DNA of 64,000 nucleotides from an uncultured Candidatus Saccharibacteria bacterium (GCA_964361405.1 CAYIAA010000004.1:10508-74507), one strand, 5' to 3'. Counted from the stretch's first letter, positions 1 through 11,214 are shown. The notes: a model not told the origin generated them from the sequence alone. Numbers and translations are program-made.

Positions 1-2
1 GC

Positions 3-1271
3 GATGCGCGCGCAGACATTTTCCAGAAAGAGGCCGCCTATAGCGCAGCTGTGGCAAGGCTCAAGTCACTCCAGAATGGAACCCGCCCGGAGCAGATCGC
101 AATCACAGAGTCGAGCGTAGCGAGTGCAGAAGCAACACTTCTCCAAGCCAATCAGGCCTTGGTTGATGCGGTGCGGAATGCGTACACACAGTCCGATGAC
201 GCTGTGCGTCGCCGTGTTGACCAATTCATGTCGAACCCTCAGAGTTCCACACCGCAATTAAATTTCACCGTGTCCAGCCAACTGGAACTTGATGTTGAGT
301 GGGGCAGGTTCCTCGCCGAAGCCATGCTTACCGGGTGGAAAACAGCCGTTGATTCTTTGAACGCCTCGAGCAATCTCGAAACTGCTCGCGCCGCCGCAAT
401 ACAAAACCTCGACGAAATACGATCGTTTCTTGAGAAAGTGGCGTCAGCGCTCAATGTGGTTTCGCCGTCCTCCAATTTGTCGCAAACGACCCTTGACGGT
501 TACCGCGCCGACGTTACGACCGCGCGCACCAATGTGAATACCGCCGTTACCTCACTCACTTCCGCGGTGACCGCGCAGAAAAACGCTGCGGCGGCTCTCG
601 TCACTCAAAAACGAAGTCTTGAACTTGAACAAGCCGGGGCCGTAGAGGAAGATATCGAGACGCAGGAAGCACAAGTGAAAATCGCCGAAGCCGATCTTTT
701 AAGCGCCCGGGCACGGTTTCAGAAAACGCTTGTCGTTGCGTCCTTTAACGGCATTGTAACCAGGATGGACGCCAAGGTCGGCGGCAGCGCCTCGTCAAAC
801 TCATCCGCGATTACTATGATCAGTGAGGGGAAGCTTGAGATTGAGAGTTTTATTCCGGAGATCAACGCGCCTTTGGTTAAAGTGGGGAACAATGCAAGAG
901 CGACGCTCGATGCCTACGGAGAAAGTATGCCCTTCGCCGTACGCGTCATATCGGTTGACCCGGCGGAGACCATTCGCGACGGGGTCTCGACCTATCGCGC
1001 CAAACTACAATTTGTGGAACATGATGCGCGTGTTAAGTCGGGCATGACGGCAAACATTCTCATTACTACGGAGAAAAAAGAGAACGTCATCGCGGTTCCG
1101 CAGGGGATTGTTATCCGCCGCGATGGCAAAGAATTCGTACGTCTCCAGAAAGGAAGGACTGCTCTCGAGCGTGAGGTTACGACAGGCAGTGTTTCCTCGC
1201 TCGGCACGGTGGAAATTATCTCGGGGCTTCGGGACGGGGATACTGTCCTCCTTGCACTTCCGGAGGAATAA
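3..1271 (+). CDS. Efflux membrane-fusion (HlyD/MacA-like) adaptor, 5'-partial
   Basis: Frame is open from base 3; long coiled coil, then 'ASFNGIV' lipoyl-like segment, 'VKSGMTA' and 'VEIISGLRDGD' C-terminus typical of MFPs; upstream of ABC permease and ATPase. Confidence 0.85.
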   Translation, partial: DARADIFQKEAAYSAAVARLKSLQNGTRPEQIAITESSVASAEATLLQANQALVDAVRNAYTQSDDAVRRRVDQFMSNPQSSTPQLNFTVSSQLELDVEWGRFLAEAMLTGWKTAVDSLNASSNLETARAAAIQNLDEIRSFLEKVASALNVVSPSSNLSQTTLDGYRADVTTARTNVNTAVTSLTSAVTAQKNAAAALVTQKRSLELEQAGAVEEDIETQEAQVKIAEADLLSARARFQKTLVVASFNGIVTRMDAKVGGSASSNSSAITMISEGKLEIESFIPEINAPLVKVGNNARATLDAYGESMPFAVRVISVDPAETIRDGVSTYRAKLQFVEHDARVKSGMTANILITTEKKENVIAVPQGIVIRRDGKEFVRLQKGRTALEREVTTGSVSSLGTVEIISGLRDGDTVLLALPEE

Positions 1272-1282
1272 AGAGAAGACCC

Positions 1283-2542
1283 ATGTTTTCGAATTTAGGA
1301 CTTAACATCCGTATCGGGTTTTTCCTTGCACTGCGGCAAATACGTCGCGCGAGCCTTTGGACGACGAGCTTGATCGTTTTTGTCATGGTGCTCACATTCT
1401 TAAACCTTGTCGTAGTCTCGGGTATTTTGGTCGGTCTCATTCAAGGCGCAGTTAATCAGGCACGGAGCGAGTTCACCAGCGATGTGATTATCTCGACTCT
1501 TGACGACAAAAAGTACATTGAAAACAGTCCCAATATCCTTGCGCTTATTAAAAGTTTGCCGGAAATAGAAGCTATGTCGGCGCGCTATAGCGAAGGTGTC
1601 ATCCTTGAGGCAAATTATAAGACTCGAAAAGAGACAGATAAACCAAACACCGCCGGAGCGCAAATATTTGGAATTAATCCAGAGAACGAAGATGCCGTTA
1701 CGCGCCTCTCGTCGTCAGTCTCGGAGGGGTCGTACCTCGCCCCGGGAGACTACGACCAAGTAATAGTTGGCCAGTTTCTTTTGAGCCAGTATGTTCCCGT
1801 TGACGATCCCAACCTTGCGGCCCTCGACAATGTTGAAGTGGGGACGAAAATCCGGATTACTGTGGGCGGTGTGACGCGCGAGGTGAGAGTGAAGGGCATT
1901 ATTAAGAGCAAGGTGGATGCTCTGACCCGGAACGTGTTTATGGTTGATTCGCAGTTCCGGAGCATGATCGGGAGAAACGACGGTAACATCGATCAAGTCG
2001 CAGTGCTTCTCAAGAACGGTGCGGACCCCATTTTTGTCAAAGAGAAACTAAAACGAAGCGGCGTGACGCAATTTGCTCAAGTCCAAACTTTCGAGGATGC
2101 CCAGCCGCAGTTTTTGAAAGACATCATCGACACATTTAACATGCTCGGATTTGCCTTCGGTTCGATCGGCCTCGTGGTTGCTTCCATCACCATCTTCATC
2201 GTCATTTTCATCAACGCTCTCACACGGCGTAAATATATCGGCATTATGAAAGGTATCGGCATCGACGGCGGAGCGATTCGGCTCTCCTACGTGTTTCAGT
2301 CCATTTTCTACGCCCTCCTTGGTTCCGTTATCGGGCTCGCCTTCGTCTACGGATTCCTCGTTCCGTTCGTCGGAGAGCACCCGATCGACTTCCCATTCTC
2401 CGACGGTATTCTGGTCGCGCCCATTGACGAAACGCTCTTCCGTGTGGGACTTCTCGTTTTTTCGACTATTATCGCCGGCTACATTCCCGCGTGGATGATT
2501 ATCAGGAGGAACACGCTTGACTCAATCCTCGGAAGAAATTGA
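1283..2542 (+). CDS. ABC transporter permease, MacB/LolE/FtsX family
   Basis: N-terminal TM, large periplasmic domain, 'RRKYIGIMKGIG' motif, three C-terminal TMs. Confidence 0.85.
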   Translation: MFSNLGLNIRIGFFLALRQIRRASLWTTSLIVFVMVLTFLNLVVVSGILVGLIQGAVNQARSEFTSDVIISTLDDKKYIENSPNILALIKSLPEIEAMSARYSEGVILEANYKTRKETDKPNTAGAQIFGINPENEDAVTRLSSSVSEGSYLAPGDYDQVIVGQFLLSQYVPVDDPNLAALDNVEVGTKIRITVGGVTREVRVKGIIKSKVDALTRNVFMVDSQFRSMIGRNDGNIDQVAVLLKNGADPIFVKEKLKRSGVTQFAQVQTFEDAQPQFLKDIIDTFNMLGFAFGSIGLVVASITIFIVIFINALTRRKYIGIMKGIGIDGGAIRLSYVFQSIFYALLGSVIGLAFVYGFLVPFVGEHPIDFPFSDGILVAPIDETLFRVGLLVFSTIIAGYIPAWMIIRRNTLDSILGRN

Positions 2543-2543
2543 T

Positions 2544-3221
2544 ATGATCGAAACCAAAAACCTCATTAAAACGTTCAGGAACGGCGACGTGGAGACGCAT
2601 GTCCTTCGGGGCATTGATTTTCAAGTCAAAGAAGGTGAATGGAGTGCGATTATGGGGCGCTCAGGCGCCGGGAAAAGCACTTTCCTTTACCAGATGAGTC
2701 TCCTCGATGAACCGACCTCTGGAGACGTGGTCGTCGATGGTCGTAGCACAAGAGAAATGAGCGACACGGAAGAGGTTCTCCTTCGGCTCCATAAATTCGG
2801 ATACGTTTTTCAGGACTACGCGCTCTTGCCAGATCTCACCGCGCTCGAAAATGTGGCACTGCCGTCCCTTATGCAAAACCTCGATCGTCGTAGCGCCTAT
2901 GCCAAGGCAACCGACGCCTTGACCAAGGTGGGGCTCGGGCATCGACTCAACAACCTTCCGAGCCGGCTCTCCGGCGGCGAGCAGCAGCGCGTTGCCATCG
3001 CCCGGGCCGTGGCGCACTCTCCGAAAGTCCTCTTTGCTGACGAGCCGACCGCGAACCTCGACAACGACTCGTCAGAGGCCATCATGAAAATTTTTACGGA
3101 GCTTCACCGGGAGGGGCAGACTATTATCATGGTGACCCACGAAGAACAATACGCAAAACTTGCGGAGAAAATTACCACAATGGATGATGGCAAAATAGTG
3201 TCTACCGTCAAGAACAGGTAA
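2544..3221 (+). CDS. ABC transporter ATP-binding protein, LolD/MacB type
   Basis: Walker [35 protein letters not shown]; ATG at 2544 directly after the permease stop. Confidence 0.92.
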   Translation: MIETKNLIKTFRNGDVETHVLRGIDFQVKEGEWSAIMGRSGAGKSTFLYQMSLLDEPTSGDVVVDGRSTREMSDTEEVLLRLHKFGYVFQDYALLPDLTALENVALPSLMQNLDRRSAYAKATDALTKVGLGHRLNNLPSRLSGGEQQRVAIARAVAHSPKVLFADEPTANLDNDSSEAIMKIFTELHREGQTIIMVTHEEQYAKLAEKITTMDDGKIVSTVKNR

Positions 3222-3259
3222 GTTCACGGGAAATACCTTGGAGTGGTATACTCGTTTGT

Positions 3260-4105
3260 ATGAAAAACACTCTGATTGCTCCGATACTACTCATTCTCAT
3301 CGGAGGTTTCGGATACGTTATGTTCTCTGGCGGCGGAAGCTTAAGCCGAGCTCAGAGTCCTTTTGATGCGACATACCTTGTTGAAGATGAATCGGTAACG
3401 CTTGTCGACGGCACGTTTGAAAAGGAAACTGCGCCGGGGTCGGCAACCAAGATCAGAACTTTTGTCTTCGGCGAACCAACGGTGGGCGACATAGACGGTG
3501 ACGGAGATGAAGATGCCGCCCTTTTTCTCGTTCGCGATTCGGGAGGGAGTGGGACGTTTTACTATGCTGCCGTAGCTCTCAACAGAGGCGGCGCATATAT
3601 GGGCATGAATGCTGTCCTTCTTGGCGACAGGATTGCTCCACAAACTATTGAGATTAAAGAGGGACAAGTCATTGCAAACTATGCCGAGCGAAAACCGGAT
3701 GAACCAATGACGGCACAGCCATCGGCGGGACAGTCGAAATATCTCATGGTTTCAAGCGATGAACTTGTCGAATCGGAGAATGCCGACAGCAGTACTGCGG
3801 TTTTTGATGCGGGGCTCAATGAAAAAGTGAGTGGTCTCGGAATATCCATAACACCGCTTGAAGTGCTTGAGGATAGCCGATGTCCATCTGACGTGGTATG
3901 TATTTGGATTGGGCAGGTCCGTCTTAAAGCAAAACTCTCAAGCGGACTCGGCGAAACAGAGCAAATCTTTATATCAGGACAGGCCATTACCACCGAAGCC
4001 GAAGAAATCATTCTTTCTGAAGTTTTCCCGGCTGCTTATTCAACACAGCAAATCAAACCCGCTGATTACCGATTCCAGTTTACAGTTTCAAAACGAACTT
4101 TGTGA
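3260..4105 (+). CDS. Membrane-anchored exported hypothetical protein
   Basis: N-terminal TM, GDIDGDGDED Ca-binding-like loop, 'GGSGTFYY', C-terminal 'DSRCPSDVVCIWIG' module. Confidence 0.7.
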   Translation: MKNTLIAPILLILIGGFGYVMFSGGGSLSRAQSPFDATYLVEDESVTLVDGTFEKETAPGSATKIRTFVFGEPTVGDIDGDGDEDAALFLVRDSGGSGTFYYAAVALNRGGAYMGMNAVLLGDRIAPQTIEIKEGQVIANYAERKPDEPMTAQPSAGQSKYLMVSSDELVESENADSSTAVFDAGLNEKVSGLGISITPLEVLEDSRCPSDVVCIWIGQVRLKAKLSSGLGETEQIFISGQAITTEAEEIILSEVFPAAYSTQQIKPADYRFQFTVSKRTL

Positions 4106-4144
4106 TAGACTGGCGCCATAATCAATCAATCTAAAGGCAGTTAT

Positions 4145-5263
4145 ATGAACAAACTTTTCGTTTTCGCATTATTGGGCGCCGTCGCGATGTTACCCGCGCT
4201 TGCCCTTGCGGCAGATGTGCGGGTGGGGGAACAACCTTCAATAGGTGCTGGGGAACGGATTACTGACGATGTGTATATCGCCGGTGGTTCGGTCTCAAGC
4301 TCTGGCGTAATTTTCGGCGATCTCATCGCCGGCGGGGGAAATATTGTGGTGAGCGGGAGTGTTGGTGGTGATCTCATGGCAGGAGGCGGCAGTGTTATTG
4401 TTATCTCAAATATCCCCGATGATGTGCGTGTCGGTGGCGGGAATATTGTTATTCAAGGCACAGTTGGAGGAGACCTTCTTGTCGGCGGAGGACAGGTGCA
4501 TATTAGTTCTTCTCGCGTCGGAGGAGACGTTATCGCCGGTGGAGGGCTCATTCGGATTGATGCGGCTGTGGGCGGTGATATCTTGGCGGGCGGTGGTGAG
4601 GTCTATCTGAACGGACCCATTACCGGAAGTGTGAAAGTGAAAGCGGACAAGCTCACCTTGGGAAAGAATGCCGTGATTTCTGGGGACATTACCTACAGTG
4701 CCAAGAAAGAAATGACCTTGGAAGAAGGAGCGGTAGTACGCGGCGAAATCAAATTTGAACCGCGAAAAGAGATGAAAGCCGGAGCCAATGTACTCGCATT
4801 CCTCGGTTTGGGCAAACTTGCGGCGCTTCTTGCATGCGCTCTCTTAATCGGTCTCATTTTCCGCCGTTACGCGCGGGAGATTGTAGGACTTGTGACTCGG
4901 AGCCCGCTTACCGAGCTCGGGAGAGGACTCGTGATTGCCATCGTGCTTCCTGTCCTATCAGTCTTCCTCTTGATCACGGTTGTTGGTATCCCACTCGGCA
5001 TCATCGGCCTCGTCAGTTTCGTCGGAGCATCGCTCTTCGTATGGATTCTCGCGCCGATTATTCTCGGCAGTGTCGTGTACCGCTTTATTACGAAGCGTGA
5101 TACTTATGAAGTGTCGTGGACGACAATACTTCTCGGCGTGGTTCTCTATTCTATCCTCAGCTTTATTCCCATTCTCGGGTGGATAGTGCAGTGTGGTCTT
5201 ATATTTGCCACTCTCGGTGCCGCGGTCAAGTTGAAGTGGTCTATCGTGAAAGAGTGGAGATAA
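4145..5263 (+). CDS. Membrane protein with Gly-rich beta-helical (polymer-forming/bactofilin-like) repeats
   Basis: Signal peptide, repeated '[14 protein letters not shown]' units, about 5 C-terminal TMs. Confidence 0.75.
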   Translation: MNKLFVFALLGAVAMLPALALAADVRVGEQPSIGAGERITDDVYIAGGSVSSSGVIFGDLIAGGGNIVVSGSVGGDLMAGGGSVIVISNIPDDVRVGGGNIVIQGTVGGDLLVGGGQVHISSSRVGGDVIAGGGLIRIDAAVGGDILAGGGEVYLNGPITGSVKVKADKLTLGKNAVISGDITYSAKKEMTLEEGAVVRGEIKFEPRKEMKAGANVLAFLGLGKLAALLACALLIGLIFRRYAREIVGLVTRSPLTELGRGLVIAIVLPVLSVFLLITVVGIPLGIIGLVSFVGASLFVWILAPIILGSVVYRFITKRDTYEVSWTTILLGVVLYSILSFIPILGWIVQCGLIFATLGAAVKLKWSIVKEWR

Positions 5264-5342
5264 TTATTCCGTCATTTTTTTCCGGACTTACATCCTGATC
5301 GGCATTCTGATTGCGGCGCTTTTTGCGCTCACACTTTTTCTC

Positions 5343-5831
5343 ATGGGGCAAGAACCCATCTGCGAATGCGGGTATATTAAGCTTTGGCACGGTGTGACGA
5401 TGAGTTCGGAGAATTCCCAGCATATCTCCGACTGGTACACGTTCTCGCACATTATCCACGGCTTTTTCTTCTACTGGGTCCTTTCACTTTTCGCCCCGCG
5501 GATGCCAATCGGGGCGCGTTTTATTGTTGCACTTCTCGCCGAAACCTCGTGGGAGATTTTCGAGAATACTGATTTCATAATCAACCGCTACCGCGAGACA
5601 ACCATATCGCTTGATTACTACGGTGATTCCGTTATCAATTCCGTCGGCGATGTCATTGCGAGTGTTTTCGGATTCGTCCTCGCTCACCGCTTGCCCGTGT
5701 GGGTTGTTGTCGCTGCCGCGATTGTAATGGAGGCAGGGGTGGGATACGCGATTCGCGACAATTTGACGCTTAATATCATTATGCTGATCCAGCCATTCGA
5801 TTCGATTAGGGTGTGGCAGGGTGGTGGGTGA
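5343..5831 (+). CDS. DUF2585 (UPF0314)-like membrane protein; true start probably upstream
   Basis: '[17 protein letters not shown]', '[16 protein letters not shown]', 'YYGDSVINS', '[12 protein letters not shown]' motifs. Confidence 0.8.
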   Translation: MGQEPICECGYIKLWHGVTMSSENSQHISDWYTFSHIIHGFFFYWVLSLFAPRMPIGARFIVALLAETSWEIFENTDFIINRYRETTISLDYYGDSVINSVGDVIASVFGFVLAHRLPVWVVVAAAIVMEAGVGYAIRDNLTLNIIMLIQPFDSIRVWQGGG

Positions 5832-5846
5832 TAAAATAGATACACC

Positions 5847-8033
5847 ATGAACCGCGCAGAAAAAAACATGCACTGTGTGTGCGGCAAGACCTGCATTATA
5901 TGCAGCGCGGAGGAACTTGCCGTTACCTGTGGTTGCGGTATTGAGGCCAAACAGCACGAATACAATCTTAAGAAAGATTCATGGCATCAGGAACACAGCG
6001 GGCACGGAGTAGAGCACTTGAGTCACCGCGATCACGAAGCCGCCATGACGAGTCCGCGCTTGGCAAAACAGATGGAGGCGGATATGCGTCGGCGGTTTTT
6101 CATTTCTCTCGCGCTTACCATTCCTATTGTCCTTTATTCGCCGATGGGAGAAATGCTTTTCGGTATTTCACTCTGGTTTCCTTTTCCGAAAAATTCGTTT
6201 TTGTTTCTTCTGACCACACCCATAGTGTTTTGGACGGGCTCAATTTTTATCACTGGCACGTATTATTCGTTGAAAGCTCGCACGCTCAACATGACGGTCT
6301 TGGTCGCAACGGGAATTTTGGCGGCGTATCTTGGCAGTATCGCTCTCACTTTTACTGGTGGAGGCGAAGTATTCTACGAAGCGGCTGCGATGCTCGTAAC
6401 GTTTGTGCTTTTTGGACACTGGATGGAAATGAAATCTCGCCGCGGGACGTCGGATTCTCTCCGTGCGCTCTTTGATCTCGTGCCTCCGCAAGCGCGAGTG
6501 ATGCGCAATGGAAAAGAAATTTTAATCGCGAGCACGGAGGTGGTGCAAGGCGACAGTGTAGTATTAAAACCCGGCGACAAAGTGCCCGTTGACGGCATTG
6601 TAACCCTCGGAGAAACAGCGGTTGATGAGGCACTTGTTACCGGCGAATCACTCCCAGTTTCAAAGAAAATCGGTGATAAAGTCATTGGCGGTTCAATCAA
6701 TCAAAATGGAGCAATACAATTCCTCGCTACAAAAGTTGGATCAGATACGGTACTCGCCTCAATCATTAGAATGGTGGAAACGGCGCAGAATTCCAAAGCG
6801 CCCGGACAGCGAATTGCGGACAAAGCGGCAGCATGGCTTGTCGTGCTCGCGGTCGCGTCGGGTATAGCCGCATTTTTCGGATGGTACACCATTGTGGGCG
6901 CGACATTCGTTGTCGCTCTCACGTTTGCCATTTCGACTGTCGTCATCGCGTGTCCAGATGCACTTGGACTCGCCACCCCGACGGCGGTTGCGGTGGGAAC
7001 AGGGCTTGGCGCGAAGCACGGCATTCTCATTAAAAATGCGGCGACACTTGAGGGCGCGTCAAAAATCAATGCCATTGTGCTTGATAAAACGGGGACGTTG
7101 ACGGAGGGGAAGCCGAAAGTTACCGAAGTTATCACCACGGGAAATATGTCGGAGGAAACCCTTCTCCAGTATGCCGCAAGCGTTGAAACAAAATCGAGCC
7201 ATCCCTTGTCGGCGGCAATCCTCGATGAGGCGAAAAAAAGAGGCATTTCTCTCCTTGCGACGGAAAATTTTCAATCACTTTCGGGATTAGGACTTGAGGG
7301 TGTTGTTGGCGGAAAAAACGTTCTTGTTGGCACCGAGCGATTGTTGCGTGACCGCGGTATTGACACGGAGAATATGAGAGGAGCAATCGAGAAACTTTTG
7401 GCGGGCGGTAAAACATTGAGTATTATTGCCGTTGACAATCTCGCCGTAGGCATCATCGGCATTTCCGACGAAGTGCGCGGAACATCAAAAAAGACGGTAA
7501 CGAAACTGAAGGAGCTCGGCATTGAAACAGCGATGATTACCGGGGACAATAAAAAAATTGCGGAAGCGGTGGGGGTAGAGCTCGGTATTGACCGTGTATT
7601 CGCGGAAGTCATGCCGAAAGACAAAGCGAGCTTCGTGAAGAAATTACAAGACGAAGGAAAATTCGTCGCGATGGTGGGGGACGGCGTGAATGATGCGCCC
7701 GCCCTCGCGCAATCGGATATCGGCATCGCGATTGGTGCCGGAACGGATGTGGCGATTGAAACGGCAAGCATTGTACTCATGAAGTCCGACCCGTATGACA
7801 TTGTCGCGGCGATCCGTTTGAGCAAGGCGACTGTCCGTAAAATGAAGCAGAATCTGTTTTGGGCGGCAATCTATAACGTGCTCGCCATTCCGATTGCGGC
7901 CGGTGTTTTTTATTCCTCGCTCGGGTGGACTCTGCGGCCTGAAATTGCGGCCCTTCTTATGTCGGCATCGTCCATTATCGTCGCCACAAATGCCGTTCTT
8001 TTGAAGCGGGTGGAATCTGGATTAACTGAATAA
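5847..8033 (+). CDS. Heavy-metal (probably copper) translocating P1B-type ATPase
   Basis: TGES, CPDALGLA, DKTGTLT, SHP, GDGVNDAPAL, YN and MSASS TM motifs; Cys/His-rich N-terminus. Confidence 0.92.
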   Translation: MNRAEKNMHCVCGKTCIICSAEELAVTCGCGIEAKQHEYNLKKDSWHQEHSGHGVEHLSHRDHEAAMTSPRLAKQMEADMRRRFFISLALTIPIVLYSPMGEMLFGISLWFPFPKNSFLFLLTTPIVFWTGSIFITGTYYSLKARTLNMTVLVATGILAAYLGSIALTFTGGGEVFYEAAAMLVTFVLFGHWMEMKSRRGTSDSLRALFDLVPPQARVMRNGKEILIASTEVVQGDSVVLKPGDKVPVDGIVTLGETAVDEALVTGESLPVSKKIGDKVIGGSINQNGAIQFLATKVGSDTVLASIIRMVETAQNSKAPGQRIADKAAAWLVVLAVASGIAAFFGWYTIVGATFVVALTFAISTVVIACPDALGLATPTAVAVGTGLGAKHGILIKNAATLEGASKINAIVLDKTGTLTEGKPKVTEVITTGNMSEETLLQYAASVETKSSHPLSAAILDEAKKRGISLLATENFQSLSGLGLEGVVGGKNVLVGTERLLRDRGIDTENMRGAIEKLLAGGKTLSIIAVDNLAVGIIGISDEVRGTSKKTVTKLKELGIETAMITGDNKKIAEAVGVELGIDRVFAEVMPKDKASFVKKLQDEGKFVAMVGDGVNDAPALAQSDIGIAIGAGTDVAIETASIVLMKSDPYDIVAAIRLSKATVRKMKQNLFWAAIYNVLAIPIAAGVFYSSLGWTLRPEIAALLMSASSIIVATNAVLLKRVESGLTE

Positions 8034-8056
8034 TGGTATTGTGGTACACTGACAAT

Positions 8057-8533
8057 ATGGATGCTTTTTCGAGGATATCACTGTTTTTTCTCCGCATTGC
8101 AATGGGCTCTTTCCTACTCTACGCAGGACTCACCAAGGTGCTCGACCCATCATGGTCGGCCGCGGTTTATCTCGGGGGAACCAAGACATTTCAGAGTTTC
8201 TATCAGTTGCTCCTCGCTCCGAATGTGCTTCCAGCAGTCAATTTTTTAAATGAATGGGGGATGACGCTCCTCGGCCTTTCACTCATCCTCGGGATATTTG
8301 TGAGATTGAGCGGAATCGCAGGGGCACTCCTTATGGTACTTTACTATTTTCCGATACTTGATTTTCCATACCCGAACCCCCCTTCGGATATCGTAGACGA
8401 GCATATTATCTACGCGCTCGCATTCTTAGTACTTGCCGCATCTCGGGCAGGACGTGTGTGGGGCCTTGAGAACTGGTGCGTGGGTTTGCCAATATGCTCT
8501 CGGTACCCTCGATTCCGTAGTTTACTAGGTTAA
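8057..8533 (+). CDS. DoxX/DoxD family membrane protein
   Basis: 'FFLRIAMG..LYAGLTK', 'EWGMTLLGLSLILG', 'VDEHIIY'; ATG 8057 lies 6 nt after TGgTACACT. Confidence 0.75.
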   Translation: MDAFSRISLFFLRIAMGSFLLYAGLTKVLDPSWSAAVYLGGTKTFQSFYQLLLAPNVLPAVNFLNEWGMTLLGLSLILGIFVRLSGIAGALLMVLYYFPILDFPYPNPPSDIVDEHIIYALAFLVLAASRAGRVWGLENWCVGLPICSRYPRFRSLLG

Positions 8534-8543
8534 TATTACATCT

Positions 8544-9245
8544 ATGAAAAAAATCATTGGTATTGTGCTCCCTGTCCTCGCATTCTTCGTGTTTTTGATA
8601 TCAGTAGCCGATGCACAGATGATGCTGCGCGGGGGTTTTCAATTGGAGCAAGATTCAACGTGGGGGGAAATCGTTGAGCACACGAAGGAAGAAGAAGCCG
8701 AGGGTGCCACCCTCTGGGAAAAACTGCAGAGCGGGGAACTTTCCTGCGCCGCACTCACGGCTGAAAACTTTGAAGCGCTGGGAGAGTATTTTATGGGCAC
8801 CATGATGGATGAGGGGCATGCGTCGATGAACGCGATGCTCATCCAGATGATGGGTGAGGACGGAGAAGAGGCGATGCACGAGTCAATGGGCAGACGTTTG
8901 AGCGGATGCGACCCCGATGCGGTTATTCCCGGGAGCGGGATCGGTTTTATGCCGATGATGAATATGATGGGAGGATGGTCGGGTTTTGGAGGATTCGGAC
9001 CAATGAGTCCGTTGAGTTCGTGGATGACTAGCAACTGGACCGGCGTCGGATTTTTTGGGGGCCTCCTCGCCATTCTCTGGTGGGCCGTCATCATCGCGGG
9101 TATCGTGGCTGTCGTGAAGTGGGTAGCACACCGCGGGGAGCGGCAATCGGGAGAATCTCCGCTTGAGATTCTCGGCGCACGTTACGCCAAGGGGGAAATT
9201 ACAAAACAGGAGTTCGACGAAAGAAAAAAAGATTTACAGCAATAG
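8544..9245 (+). CDS. Met-rich membrane protein with C-terminal SHOCT domain
   Basis: Signal peptide, Met/His-rich 'HESMGRRLSGC' region, TM, 'LEILGARYAKGEITKQEFDERKKDL'. Confidence 0.75.
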   Translation: MKKIIGIVLPVLAFFVFLISVADAQMMLRGGFQLEQDSTWGEIVEHTKEEEAEGATLWEKLQSGELSCAALTAENFEALGEYFMGTMMDEGHASMNAMLIQMMGEDGEEAMHESMGRRLSGCDPDAVIPGSGIGFMPMMNMMGGWSGFGGFGPMSPLSSWMTSNWTGVGFFGGLLAILWWAVIIAGIVAVVKWVAHRGERQSGESPLEILGARYAKGEITKQEFDERKKDLQQ

Positions 9246-9335
9246 CCGTACCTATTTCATCGTTACCGCGCCACGCCTGCCATAATATCTCGCTGTGGGG
9301 TACAATGGATGCATTAGTACAGTAACGTTGTTTCT

Positions 9336-9527
9336 ATGATGAAATTATCATGCACGGATTTGAATCCGAGTTCGGAGTGCCGGTACGAGGCGACCGGCGA
9401 AAATGCGAAAGAGGTTGCGGTGAAGATGATGGCGCACGCCAAGGCGGAGCACCCGGAGGATATTGAGAAAATGGGGATGGATGATACGGCAATGCGGGCG
9501 ATGTTCGAGACCAAGGTCCACGAATAA
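9336..9527 (+). CDS. DUF1059-like small metal-binding protein
   Basis: C-x8-C ... HAKAEH pattern. Confidence 0.7.
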   Translation: MMKLSCTDLNPSSECRYEATGENAKEVAVKMMAHAKAEHPEDIEKMGMDDTAMRAMFETKVHE

Positions 9528-9550
9528 CTCCAACATTTCCTTCTAATGGG

Positions 9551-10045
9551 ATGGATATCGCAACACTTATATCTTTTGACGATGCGGTGAGTGTATTCGT
9601 CCGCACTATTCTCATTTTTTTCTTCGCATTCGTCATCCTCCGCTTCCTCGGGCGGCGACACCTTTCGCACCTCACCTACCTTGACCTTCTTCTCGTTATC
9701 GGGCTCGGCTCGGCCGTAGGGGACGTGATGATTTACGGTGAAAATACGGTCCATTTCCTTGCTTCGGCAATTGCCATCCTCGCTGTTGGTCTCTCAATCA
9801 AAGTCCTCGACGAACTCTCGTCGCGTTCCAAGCGGGTAAGTTTCCTCGTCACCGGGACAGCCCGGCTCATTATTGAAGATGGGAAAATACTATCCGACAT
9901 GCTTGAGAAAGAAGATATGACTGAAGCGGAGTTAATGTCTCTTCTTCGCGAGAAGGGTGTGAGTTCGATTGGAAATGTGAAGCGCGCCTACATCGAAATC
10001 GATGGTGAGGTGAGTATTATTTTCAACCGGAAGCATCAGGGTTAG
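9551..10045 (+). CDS. DUF421 (YetF) family membrane protein
   Basis: 'LRFLGRRHLSHLTYLDL', 'LIIEDGKI', 'LREKGV', 'AYIEIDGEVS'. Confidence 0.8.
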   Translation: MDIATLISFDDAVSVFVRTILIFFFAFVILRFLGRRHLSHLTYLDLLLVIGLGSAVGDVMIYGENTVHFLASAIAILAVGLSIKVLDELSSRSKRVSFLVTGTARLIIEDGKILSDMLEKEDMTEAELMSLLREKGVSSIGNVKRAYIEIDGEVSIIFNRKHQG

Positions 10046-10086
10046 GCGAATTCAGACGATTGGCAGTTAAGAAGTTTTCCTGATCC

Positions 10087-10623
10087 TTATCTATAGCGCA
10101 AGACGAGGTAGTGTCTTGCGATTTGAGCAACCGCAATACTCGCTACCAGGGCACCCAGATAAACCGCCATAATCTCTATATAGGAATAGGGAACTCTGTG
10201 GAGCGATCCCAGAATAATGGCGTATATCCACGAAGCGGAAGATATTCCTCCGCTTACGAAGATAGCCACATTTGTTACGGCGCGATTCGCAAGGAGTGAG
10301 GGGATATGTTTCAGATGAAAATAGATGCCATTTAGTATAATCACACCCACAACAGAAATTTTGGCGAGAAACTTGCTTGAACCAATGTAGTAATTAGGGT
10401 CGGTGAGAAAAAGTCCGATACCCGATATGACGAGTATGGTGAGTCCGATCCAGACCGAGGAACTCGCGAGAATGAGAAATCGTTTTTCAGTTGCGGTGAT
10501 TTTTTTATCCCGTACGCTCTCCCAAAATATCCGATCGGCCGCGAACGCGCCACCCGCGCCGATCGCGACACCGATAATGTGGAGAGTCGTGTAAAATATT
10601 TTGAGATTGAAGAATATATCCAT
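10087..10623 (-). CDS. Multi-pass membrane hypothetical protein (His-containing TMs)
   Basis: About 5 hydrophobic segments; 'LHIIGVAIGAGGA', 'KFLAK...NG..H'. Confidence 0.65.
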   Translation of the reverse strand: MDIFFNLKIFYTTLHIIGVAIGAGGAFAADRIFWESVRDKKITATEKRFLILASSSVWIGLTILVISGIGLFLTDPNYYIGSSKFLAKISVVGVIILNGIYFHLKHIPSLLANRAVTNVAIFVSGGISSASWIYAIILGSLHRVPYSYIEIMAVYLGALVASIAVAQIARHYLVLRYR

Positions 10624-10746
10624 GATAAAACAGACTTGAGTGTATCATGGCGAGCGTGGCTTGTACTACTCGGCTTAACCGCCTATACTGTCTCTCGTGG
10701 GCACGGGAGACGGCGCAATACATTAGCAATTTTAACATTTGGAAAT

Positions 10747-11133
10747 ATGGCTGAAATCACATTTTTAATTGGCCGCATTCTCTTTGGAGGATATTTCTTT
10801 ATGAATGGGATGAATCACTTTCTGAAGCGTGGGGCGATGACGGGCTATGCAACCTCAAAAGGGGTGCCGATGCCGGAAGTCATGGTTTTGTTTTCCGGAC
10901 TTCTTATCATACTCGGCGGTCTTGGGGTTGTGCTCGGAGTTCAAATTGAAATAGCTCTCGCACTCATCATTCTTTTTCTTGTTCCGGTGACATTGAAAAT
11001 GCACGCTTTTTGGAGTATTTCTGATCCGCAAGCGAAGATGGGTGAGATGGTGAACTTTATGAAGAACACCGCACTCATTGGAGCGACACTGATGCTGTAT
11101 TCTGTTTGTGCCGTCTGGCAATCATTTCTCTAA
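10747..11133 (+). CDS. DoxX family protein
   Basis: 'LIGRILFGGYFFMNGMNHF', 'MHAFW', 'FMKNTALIG'; start moved to ATG 10747. Confidence 0.8.
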   Translation: MAEITFLIGRILFGGYFFMNGMNHFLKRGAMTGYATSKGVPMPEVMVLFSGLLIILGGLGVVLGVQIEIALALIILFLVPVTLKMHAFWSISDPQAKMGEMVNFMKNTALIGATLMLYSVCAVWQSFL

Positions 11134-11214
11134 ACCATTAATTATTTGAGTAGTTTTGTGGTAGATAATACCCCCTTTGCGCCGGAAACTCCCGGAAAGA
11201 AAAACGATTATTTC

